From Anthoceros angustus (Eukaryota; Plantae; Anthocerotophyta), in contig MU008155.1 of the NCBI GenBank assembly GCA_010909165.1, positions 1,860,001-1,924,000 of the forward strand: DNA of 64,000 nucleotides. Direction: 5' to 3'. The position numbers were made by a program, and so were the translations under genes. The notes beneath the pieces are model-generated. The model was not told the DNA's origin, did no database searches, and saw only the letters and a list, made by a program, of their open reading frames with translations. Shown in pieces: positions 28,464 to 39,668 of this stretch (positions within the stretch are counted from its first letter, which is position 1; each line of letters starts with the position of its first letter).

Positions 28464-31400
28464 TCAATCGTGCAACTCTTCGAAAGGTTGTGTTTCTGAC
28501 CTCGGGACAATAATGCCATCGTTCAAAGATTGTAGGCAAGGATCATCAACTGCGAGAATATGATTTATAGGGTTTGCACCTAAAGCTCCGCCCACGCCAA
28601 ACGTCTCTAAATGCTGAATGTCCCAGGTGGGATCTCTTACCACTAGGGATGTATCTTGCTCCTCGACTCGTTTCTTCGGGGTTTTTGATCCTTTCGTTGT
28701 TGCCTCCTCCTTTTTCTTCTGTGGTCCCTGGGATTGACTTAAATCCTGAAGATCAATGGGTGCGCAAGTGCCATGAGTCATGTGAAGAAATGACGCTCTG
28801 GGCTTCACAGACCTTCCGCCTGCCACCTCCGCAAAAAACACTGGATGAGCTCGCTTATGGGGTTTGGTAGTCAGTTCTTCCTCATCACTGGGGAAAACCC
28901 ATGTTATACGTTGATAAATGAAAATGGTGCTCTTTTGCTCTTGATCGATGGCGATGCAATTGCAGCCTTCCAATAATGTTGCCACTATTCCACTGCTGCT
29001 CCCTGAGCACCCATCTATCACCCATTCCCCTTTCTCCGTGAAAAGGTCATAAAGCAGAACCATAAGCCCTATTGGTTTCTGGTAAGGGCATACCACATGA
29101 CCATCGTTTGAAACATTTAGAAGTTTTTTCACGACGGCGCTGTATCTTATGAAAGCAGGCATGGCTCCGATCTCCCCGATTGCAATGTTGCACAGCGCAC
29201 TGCATTTCCTCACATCTTCGACTCTAGGGTGGATACCATACCGCACTGTAAAGTACTCGCAGTTCTCATATAGACCTTCCTCCGCAACCAAATTGTCTTT
29301 CTCCCACACCATGGTATAAACACCTTGGCGCTCACACCATTTATGCAGTGCATTCCGAACATCCTTCATATGATCTGGACCATGCATAAATATCACTCGA
29401 AAGGTTTTGCACACCGTCACTGTCATGAACTCGTCCATGATTTTTTCAAAATCTTCAAAGGTCATCTCCTTATCCCAAGATTCTGATACATTCCCCTTTG
29501 GCAAGTCAACAACCAGCGGTTTGTATTCTCTCTTTCCAAGATAGGTGGCCGTTTCGCAGATATCACCGGTGATTATTCGGTACCTGACTTTTTGTTTGCT
29601 TTTTGGGACTTGGAACATGGATAGTTTAGCATCATTGTCCTCCTCTGCTAGTTCTCTCTGAAGGTCTTCTACCCTCTTCCACTTCCTTGCTGCATTGATA
29701 TGCTCTTTGAAGCTATCTGGAATGACTTTTCCTTTGTATTCTTCTGCCTGCTTTAAAGTATGCGTGCAAAAAAAAAGCCTTGTGAAGTATGACATTGATG
29801 GGGGATGCGCAAACTAGTGCGCGCACCCTAACCCTTAAAACCGGATAGCAATGACAACCGATACCTTACAATGTGGCCGAAGACCGGTTGAAACTTTGCG
29901 ATATCATCCGCCGTCGAGTGCCTTGGGTACTCTCTCTCAACTTCAGGAAATGAAGTACACCGTAAACCTAAACAAAAAGCTGTTTGGATCACATTTAACT
30001 TCTTTGCCTTTATGATTCACGTCTTCATGCCTCTCACGCTTAACTCTCTCTGAATTACTGTCTCCAATGCTGATAGCATAATACGTTCGTCTGCCTCTCC
30101 AAGAGGCATTCCCTGGTACACCCGCCAGTTCGTCGCATGCATTGGCTTTATAATGAGATTAGGGTCCCGCACTACTGGTTCTGGGTCAGGGCCTCCGCGC
30201 TTTGATTTACCTCTTTTGCTGCCCTTTTTGCGGTTTCCCTGCTCCAGCAGCTCACTTTCTCCCAAAGGTCGAATACTTTATCCACCCTATCCCAGACATG
30301 CGTCGGGACACTCGCAATGCAGAGCACAGTGGTTTTTTGGTCTACCAACCGCTGCATATCTTCTCGGTCTGCGGCATCGCCTATAATACCGAACATCGTG
30401 TAAAGATTGTATTTCCATTCCATAGTAATGTTAACGCCATCCGCAGCCGCAATCTTCATCTCATCGTGGATATATCGAACTTGCTCAATGAAAGACATTC
30501 GCTTCCTGAATGTGCCTTAACATTGTGATCTATTGCCAAACATCTCATCTCGGATTAGGTCAGCCCAGCATAGATATGGGCTTCCATATATTGGTAGTAC
30601 GAATTCTCCGGGTCTTCTGCATATTGTCTTTGGAAAGCATAGAAACTGTGATTTCCACCTAAGACTCTCATAGTGTACTATTGTTTCTGTAGCTTATCCT
30701 TAGCATAGTCGTCGACCGTTGGGCACTCTCTTGGGTCTATCATACAAAGTAGGGGAGTACTCCTTCTTGCACTGGTCCCTTTTTTATTTCTTGGAGAAGA
30801 TGTTTTCCCCAAGACTCATCTACTCTTCGGATTTGAGCATCACGGGTTAAATAATCAGCGGTTCTAAGCTTGGTGGTGGCAACTATGTCAGTGTGAGGTA
30901 TGCACCTCTTCTTGTGCGTGGACTCCCGAGTTTGGTTCATAGGATCCCTGTTCTGCTGCGCTCGCTCCACTCTATGGTTGTTTGTCATAATTGCTTTTGT
31001 TTTACCTCCCCCCATCACCAGACTATTGTCCAGGTCGGTAGGCTTACCCCTCTTCACGCTTTTGCCATTGCCTTTCCTTTTCACAGGCGAGGCGCGAACA
31101 ATTTCCTGAAGTTCCTCATCTATTTCCTCGTCTTTGTTTCTGTCATGGCCTGTCTTGTTCCCTTCTTCTCTTTCGACTATATATCCCCTTGCTTTTTCTG
31201 CTTCAGATACATGCCGGATGTCTTCTAGACTCTGTAATATTTGTTCTGTTGATGGCAAAAACAATTGATTTTTTTATGCATTTGAGGACCGTTTGGATGC
31301 CCCCTCGCTATGTGTTTCCTCATTCCTGTTGATATCTTCATGTGCGTTCAAATTCATGGCTTCACTATCCGCCTCCTCATCGTGTGCTCCCTCTTCGTCG

Positions 31401-31504
31401 CGATCTCCACTATCTACGCCATTCTCAACCTCTTTATCCGCTAGTGCTTCATACCTTTCCGTATCCTGGTCCATGGAATCTTCATCATATATTTCTTCCT
31501 CCAT
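28464..31504 (-). pseudogene. Decayed multidomain gene: acidic N-terminus, ParB-like domain, beta-class N4-cytosine/N6-adenine DNA methyltransferase domain
   Basis: C-terminal PYQKPIGLMVLLYDLFTEKGEWVIDGCSGSSSGIVATLLEGCNCIAIDQE matches motifs X-I-II of the N6_N4_Mtase family. Upstream LVVDLPKG..WDK sits at the motif IV position. QIRRVDESW...VLGGNHSFYA...IYAGLT...DHN is ParB-like. One likely GT-AG intron at ~29750-29870. In-frame stops and frameshifts at 30017-30760. Confidence 0.75.
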
Positions 31505-31714
31505 TCACCAAGCGGTTAAATGGCGGAGATGTTGCAAGCTACCCGGTAACGCTTCAACCTTCTCCACAACAGGTTGACTCACCACAGCTTGCTCGGCCAT
31601 CTTCGTCATAATCAAGCCAACTACAATCTCTTTGCGGATAAACGTAAACGCATTCACAAACGACTGTCAACAGAAAACCATTAGGGGATTAGCATACTGC
31701 AAGCCCAAAATACA

Positions 31715-32050
31715 CCAAGCAAAGACAATTTCAAACACAAAGGCTAGTGCGAAGGAACACAAGTGCACGCACTTGTGTGCACAAGTGCACGCACTTGTGT
31801 GCACTTGTGCACAAGTGCACGCACTTGGGCGCGCACGAGGCAATGCGCAGACAATTTCAAACACAAAGGCTAGTGCGCGCGAAGGAACACAAGTGCACCG
31901 ACAACTGCACACTAAGGGGCACAAGGCCCCCTGGTAGGTGTGCACTTGTGTGCACACCTACCAGGGAGCCTTGTGCGCGCACTTGTGTGCACACCTACCA
32001 GGGGGCCTGGTGTGTGCACAAGTGCACGCACCAGGGGTAGCACTTGTGCC
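31715..32050. repeat. Cluster of direct and inverted GTGCAC/ACAAGTGCAC repeats
   Basis: Many ACAAGTGCAC / GTGCACTTGT units in both orientations, plus a duplicated AGACAATTTCAAACACAAAGGCTAGTGCG segment. Confidence 0.85.
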
Positions 32051-32383
32051 TGTCCACAATGCTATAGCTAGCAGGGCACAACCAAAACCTCAACTACCCA
32101 GGTCATCACAGAAAAGAATACAAACAAGCTCACCTTGTTGAGTACAATAGCAATATAAAGTCTTGTCCGGAGGTCCGGTGTGTTGCAACGTTTCAGAATC
32201 AACTTGTCCACACTCAACACAAGCATCCGATGACATTTTGAAGTCTTCATGTAAAACTTCTCTTTCATGGTGCAGATCAAAAGCTTCACTCTCACATTTG
32301 ATCTGACCTCGTACTTCCAAGCCGATAGGATGTTGCCCCCCACTATCTTCTGTGTCTTCAACACGTCCATGTATCCATTGACC

Positions 32384-32620
32384 TGATGAAATAGGTCACT
32401 ATTAGGGCACTCTTCACTAGGGCACCTAGAACTTAATGATTTATTTATTTGGATAGGGCATTAAGTAGTTTAGGTAGTTTTCTTTAGTTGGTTACTTAAG
32501 TGGTTATTTGTTACAACCACTAGGTGGTTATAACCACTTCTAGCCTTCTATATAGGGCATGTACTTTCTATCAAATGTAATGCAACACATATTGCTTGAG
32601 CTTGTGTATGATTCTCATCA
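32384..32620 (+). repeat. 5' LTR of copia A
   Basis: TGATGAAATAGG...ATTCTCATCA, followed directly by the tRNA-iMet PBS. Confidence 0.97.
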
Positions 32621-35237
32621 TGGTATCAGAGCACACTTGCTCTTTGTTTGCTTGTGCATCCTCATGCACCTAAGTAGCTTATCTAGGAGACACTTTCTAA
32701 TCTAGTATTTGCCTAGATGGATTGTGTTTATCCTAGAATTGCTATCTTTGCATGCATTCTTTTTATGCTAACATTTCTCTTCTAACAATGCTTTTATGCA
32801 CTAATTCTTTGTCCTTCCTCCATGGATTTGTGTTCCCTTAGAAGGATAAGGCATAGAGTTAAGAAGAGAAGTAGTCCCAAGACAACAAGAACAAATTAGG
32901 AGCCCAACACATAGAAGCAATAGAAGACAACAAGCTATAGAGGAGAGATAGAAGAAACCTCCTCTTGTATAGCAAACTTCATTGCATCTATTTTAATTTC
33001 TAAACCGGATCAAGGGAAGTTTATCAAGCTAGCTAGACGTGATTTGCTAGAAGTTTTAGTCCAATTCACGCCAAGGCATTAGAATTAGCTCTCCAACATA
33101 TCCCAAATTTGAATGGTATTAGTACTCCTTTATCTTCTAGTCAAGACAAAAATAGCATAGAAACTCTTAGATTTCAAGAAATTGATAGTCAATTAGCAAC
33201 TCTTAGAATCCAATCCTTTGATCTTAAGGAGAATTATCTGAATTAAGGACAAAATTGTCTATTCTCTCTAAGGTTGATAATGCGCAGAGATTTGAGAGCA
33301 TGCTATCATCACCCGAATCAGATTATGATGCAAGAGAAGAGTTTCGTGCATGCAATAGAGAAGATCAGAGGTCGATCATGAGGCCTAGTCCTCTAAATCA
33401 CCTACAATGGCTGGAGTGATCAATAATGAAGAACAAACTGCTCCTAATTCCCCATTGGGTAATGATAATGCTAACACTTCATTGCATTATCATTATGGTG
33501 ACTTCAAAGAGAAAGATAGATTCAATGGAAGGGATTATGACATCCGGTCATTGAGAATGCGAGGAGCTTTGCGGCAAAGAGACCTTTGGGGCATCGTCGA
33601 TGGATCAATTCCAAGGCCACACGCCCGATTTGAACGTGAACTTCAACCTTCCCGGACGCCAGGACGAAGGCACAAGATTTATTGGTGGACTTTCTCAACA
33701 TATGGTGAGACATGTCGCACACGCAAAGACCTCCAAGGATATGTGGACTCACCTTGCTCAATTATATTCATCTCGAGATGTAATGAGTATTGTTGCGCTT
33801 CACGTAACTTCCGCAACCTCTCAATGAAGGAGTCCGACACCATCGAACATCATGTTAATGCATTTCGATTGGCACGATCCCATTTGGAATCTTCAATGGC
33901 GTACCTATCTCGAGATGGAGGCTTACGTCATTCTCTTATCTTCATTGCCACCTTCTTATAGGGCTTTCATTACAACTCAAAATGCGATTCGCAATGTCGA
34001 AAAGCTGCATGAAGATCCAAATGAAGAGCCGACATCGTGTTTCGAACTTATTGGAGCATTGCTACAGGAGGAGGCAAGCGTCATCATCACTCCAGCCAAC
34101 AAGCGGCGGTGATGTATTCACAAAGGGTAGAGGAAGAGGACGAGGCGAGGCCGAGGTTCTACTTTCCAACGACCCCATATCCGCACATACTTTCCATGAT
34201 GGAGAGGCATCTTCTTCAACACCGCAAGAGGTAACAAGAAGATCGGGATTATATGTAATTGGTGCGTAATCCCAAATCACATGGAAAAGGATTGTCGTAA
34301 GAAGAAGAATGGGGAACCTCGGAGGCCCCACCGGAGCTAACATTGCAAGAAACAATCTTCCTCAACTCCAGAAGGTTTCACTGTGCTTGGCTTCTTCCAA
34401 GCCCTCCAATACCTCATGGTACTTAGAGGAGCTACTTCACATATTTGTTACAACGAAACTCTTTTGAGTCTTACTCACACCAGGACATCACCGTCCTCCC
34501 GGAGATGATCACAACCTACCCATAGCGGGTGTCGGTTGTTGTATTCAAGTGTGATTCGTGGTTCTTCATCTTCATCAAGTCCTCCATGTTCCTTCAATGT
34601 GCAAGAATCTAGTATCACCGCAAGTCTTTGTCAAGAACACACTGCAGTGATCCTTTATGCGATAGTTGTCTTCTCTCTTTCATAAGTGATAGAAACTATA
34701 CAATCTGCAGCACTTTAGATGATGGTCTCTATAGATTGTCGACAAGTGGGAGCCACCCATTACGCTAATGTTGCCATTCCAAACCCAAATGACACCTACC
34801 CAAACCATGCTTTGGCATTGTCGCCTTGGTCATCCTAATAGTCAAAAATTAATCCAAATGTCTAAGGGAGCTTTATATAGAACCCTTGCCTTGCAAAGGT
34901 TGAACACCTACCTTGGTGCGAATCTTGTGTCCTCACTAAACGACATCAAGAGCCTTTCAAAATAAATCTCCACAAAGGGCCAAGTCACCTTTAGAGATAG
35001 TGCACAGACATTTGTGGACCCTTGTCTACACCCTCCTTTAGTGGTAGTAGATATTTTTTGACCTTCACAGATGATTTCTCTCGTTTTGTCTTTTCCTACA
35101 TCTTGAAAAACAAGAGTGATGCCTTTCACGCCTCTTCAAGGACTACATGAAATGGGCTGAGAGACTTACAGATCACAAACTCAAGACCTTACGTTCCGAC
35201 AATGGTGGAGAGTTTACATCTACTGAATTTGAGGATT

Positions 35238-36528
35238 AATCCTAAAATTCAGTAGTTCCTTGACCACTCAAGCCTGTCATCTTTGACCACTCGAGTTCTG
35301 TTAGAAGCACGAGCACAGGCAACGCATCATTCAAGATGCCGTTGGTATGTATTGAAAGCGCTGTTTGATCAAGACACGTGGCGAGGCGGTATGGCTAGGC
35401 CATAAGAAGAGGCCACCGCCTCGAGGCCTCTTCTCATCGTCGGATGCGCTTATCTTTGAAGGAGGTGATTACGCTTAGCCTGCGATTACGGAGATTGGGC
35501 GCGGATTACGGTGAGCATGTTGCCTTCACTGTCCGCAACAAAGTCGCGACTCCCCAAACCCCTAATCGGCATTTCGATGGTCACATGTGTTTGGTTTCAG
35601 GTTTGTGGTTGTGATTAACAAGCATCGATGGCAGACCAAGTGTGGTCTCCGGAGATGGGTGGCGAGCACCGCTTTCATGCGAGAGGCCACCATCCGCGCC
35701 ACCTTTGAACACGCATGGGCAGTGCGGGGTCAACTCCCCCCACGCGACACCATCGTGACCGCGGAAGATGCCCAGAGAATTCTTCAGGATGTCCCGGATG
35801 CGGAGTTCCTAGAATTCCGCACGCGGTTCATGGTAGTGGGCCGTTGCCTTTCGGAGATAGATTCGATGCTCGAATTGATGCATGCCATGGGCGCGGATTC
35901 TCAATGGGTGGCGGCGAGATACCATGAGGCTTCCGTGGATGCCATAAAGGCGTTTTGGCCCAAACCCCATTAGTGTGAACATGGAAGGGTTTACAATCGG
36001 GGTTTGTGGCAAACCACGACAGACGCAAAAAGGCCATGTTGTAATCAATTAATAACTTAGTAAAAGATGCCCATTGCATGTGTCATATATGCCGTAGTGA
36101 TCCCATACGGAAATTCTACAATATAAAAATAAATCCGTTGTAAATCAAGGCGTGTAGGGTTTAGAACACGGCTTAGTAAATAAGACCCTTAGAAAAGGTA
36201 AACGCCCGTTGTAACACAAGGTTGTAGTAAAAACGGATTCCTTTGTAAAACCCCTATAGTAATTTCCCTACTTGCGTAGTAAAGTCCTCCATCTTGTTCA
36301 ACCTCAATTGCCCCCTTTTCAACGGACTTTCGCCGCTGCCACGTCATCGTATTGAGTCGTGGCGAAACCCCACCGTAGTAAAACAACGCAACCCATGTTG
36401 TAAATTCTAGGGCTATACTCCTAAAAAATAATTGGCCCAGAAACCCCTGTAGTAAAACGATAAAGTGCTACATTCTCTCATCTCTCCATAAATCAGAGGT
36501 TAGTAAAGGGCATGGTTTCGTTGTAGTG
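35238..36528. mobile_element. CACTA/EnSpm non-autonomous fragment inserted in the copia A integrase
   Basis: Right end ...GGTTTCGTTGTAGTG (reverse complement CACTAC). 3-bp TSD ATT at 35235-35237 and 36529-36531. Removing it restores EFEDFCRAEGI in frame. Repeated GTAGTAAA subterminal motifs. No left CACTA terminus. Confidence 0.85.
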
Positions 36529-37175
36529 ATTTTTGTCGAGCTGAAGGTATAGCTCAGCAACTTACAGTTGTCTACACTCCTCAACAAAATGGCGTAGCCG
36601 AGAACAAGAATCTACGCCTCCAAGAGATCACAGGTTGCTTATTGGTACAAGCTAAGTTATCTAAGGCTTATTAGAAGAGGCCCTCCTAACAAAGAACCTA
36701 TCTCATGAATCGATTGCCTACATCAGCAGTTCAAGGTATGACTCCATATGAAGCATTCATTGGCAAGAAGCCTTCTATTGACCACCTTCGAATTTTTGGA
36801 TCCCCTGCATATGTTTTTATTCCCAAAGCATTGCGTAAGAAGTTGGATCCCAAAGCATTAAGTACACTTTCATTGGCTACACCAAGGTATCAAAGGGTAC
36901 AAATTGTTCAACCCTTCTACAAGGCAACTTTTATACGCCCGAGTGTTACTTTTCATGAGTCTTACCTCTTTTCCCCACGATTTAGTGATGCTTGGTCCTC
37001 CTCTTGATGAGACCATTGACCCTTCTTATTTTGATGATCTTGATTATTTCACTCCATTTCCCATTCCTGCTTCTCGTGTTCCTTTAGTTGAACCTATTAT
37101 GCAGGAGGAGGAGGAGTTAGCATCTATTCCACAACCTGGTACAACTCAACCAGACGAACCTGATTTTGACATCCC

Positions 37176-39668
37176 AGCAGAGGCGCCAGTTGATACTCAT
37201 GATGATGAGTTTGATGACCCTCTGGAGGATGACATTGTGGAGCCAGCAGATCCTGTCGTTGATCCCGCTCCTGTTGATGATGCACCTGCACAAAGGTACA
37301 ACCTTAGATCCCGACCTACTATCTCAGGTCCTGCAGGTTGGAAGTAACGAAATATGGAATTGGTGCAGATCAATTACGTATTGAGTAAAAACATTGTATA
37401 TTAAACATACACTTGAAAGAAAATCAACTAGACTTAATCTAGAAAATGAAAAGGCATGACCTTTAGTCTAAAAGACGTAACCCTAGCGAAAGGGTGTACT
37501 AGACATTAAAAGTATACGCGTACACACTATATATATGTGGACATAACGAAACCCTAAATAATGACTCAACACTTCGTCTTCCTTTACTCCCACTTGTTGA
37601 TCATTACGCAGGATCATGACTCCACGAGGTTCCGAGGCTGAGCCTTGAGCTCACCCTTGGGATTTTACGCTCCACGTGTGTGTACCGGATCCGTAGCTGG
37701 ACATAACGTCGCGATGGCCAGACGTAAAAACGGCCCTGTTAAGGTCCGCTTGCATATTAGTCTGCTTTACGTTCTAGCTCTCATTCTTTTAAGACTGCTG
37801 GAGCGTAGGCTCACTGCTCTCGGCAAGATGTTTTCTTCATCGAATCGAACTTGCTTCACGCCCAAAGCGTGTTTACAGAGATTCCATGGGAAGGTTCACG
37901 CTAGAACGCCCGCCTTCACCGTGAATCAAGGTCTTGATCGTGAGTTGGTCTTGCAACAACTAGAGGGACCGCCGCCCTAGAGGCGGACCAAGAATCTGAC
38001 GATTCTTTGGAGCAGGCGCCAGCTTGACACTCATGATGATGAGTTTGATGACCCTGAGGATGACATTGTGGAGCCAGCAGATCCTCCGCTGATCCCGCCT
38101 CCCGTGATGATGCACTGCACAAAGGTACAACCTTAGATCCCGACCTACTATCTCAGTCCCGCAGTTGGAAGTAACGAAATATGGAATTGGTGCGGATCAA
38201 TTACGTATTGAGTAAAAACATTGTATATTAAACATACACTTGAAAGAAAATCAACTAGACTTAATCTAGAAAATGAAAAGGCATGACCTTTAGTCTAAAA
38301 GGCGTAACCCTAGCGAAAGGGTGTACTAGACATTAAAAGTATACGCGTACACACTATATATATGTGGACATAACGAAACCCTAAATAATGACTCAACACT
38401 TCGTCTTCCTTTACTCCCACTTGTTGATCATTACGCAGGATCATGACTCCACGAGGTTCCGAGGCTGAGCCTTGAGCTCACCCTTGGGATTTTACGCTCC
38501 ACGTGTGTGTGTACCGGATCCGTAGCTGGACATAACGTCGCGATGGCCAGACGTAAAACGGCCCTGTTAAGGTCCGCTTGCATATTAGTCTGCTTTACGT
38601 TCTAGCTCTCATTCTTTTAAGACTGGGCGTAGGCTCACTCTCTCGGCAAGATGTTTTCTTCATCGAATCGAACTTGCTTCACGCCCAAAGCGTGTTTACA
38701 GAGATTCCATGGGAAGGTTCACGCTAGAACGCCGCCTCACCGTGAATCAAGGTCTTGATCGTGAGTTGGTCTTGCAACAACTAGAGGGACCGCCGCCCTA
38801 GAGGCGGACCAAGAATCTGACGATTCTTTGGAGCAGGCGCCAGCTTGACACTCATGATGATGAGTTTGATGACCCTGAGGATGACATTGTGGAGCCAGCA
38901 GATCCTCCGCTGATCCCGCCTCCCGTGATGATGCACTGCACAAAGGTACAACCTTAGATCCCGACCTACTATCTCAGTCCCGCAGTTGGAAGTAACGAAA
39001 TATGGAATTGGTGCGGATCAATTACGTATTGAGTAAAAACATTGTATATTAAACATACACTTGAAAGAAAATCAACTAGACTTAATCTAGAAAATGAAAA
39101 GGCATGACCTTTAGTCTAAAAGGCGTAACCCTAGCGAAAGGGTAAGCTAGACATTAAAAGTATACGCTGCACACTATCTATATATGTGGACATAACGAAA
39201 CCCTAAATAATGACTCAACACTTCGCCTTCCTTTACTCCCACTTGTTGATCATTACGGAGGATCACATGACCCACGAGGTTCCGCTGTATGAGCCTTGAG
39301 CTCACCCTTGGGATTTTACGCTCCTTGTGTGTGTACCGGATCCGTAGCTGGACATAACGTCGCGATGGAGCGCCAGACGTAAAGACGGCCCTTAAGGTCC
39401 GCTTGCATATTAGTCTGCTTTACGTTCTAGCTCTCATTCTTTTAAGACTGGGCGTAGGCTCACTCTCGGCAAGATGTTTTCTTCATCGACATCGAACTTG
39501 CTTCACGCCCAAAGCGTGTTTACGGAGAGATTCCATGGGAAGGTTCACGCTAGAACGCCCGCCTTCACCGTGAATCAAGTCCGATCGTGATGCTGGTCTG
39601 CAACAACTAGAGGGCCGCCGCCCTAGAGGCGACAAGAATGACGAGGCCGTGTCTGAACAGAGGCGCCC
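37176..39668. repeat. Tandem triplication (~825-bp unit) spanning the copia A / copia B junction, including the B LTR
   Basis: B LTR restarts at 37345, 38172 and 38993, each time preceded by copia A sequence and the GGAAG TSD. Junction microhomology (C)AG(A)GGCGCC. Confidence 0.92.

Noticed and set aside
28464-29795. Bacterial contamination as the source of the methyltransferase
   Set aside because: The gene has a likely GT-AG intron and is embedded in plant TEs with matching TSDs between plant genes.
38172-39235. Extra B LTRs as tandem retrotransposon copies or solo LTRs
   Set aside because: Each carries flanking copia A sequence and the same TSD, so they come from post-insertion duplication or misassembly.
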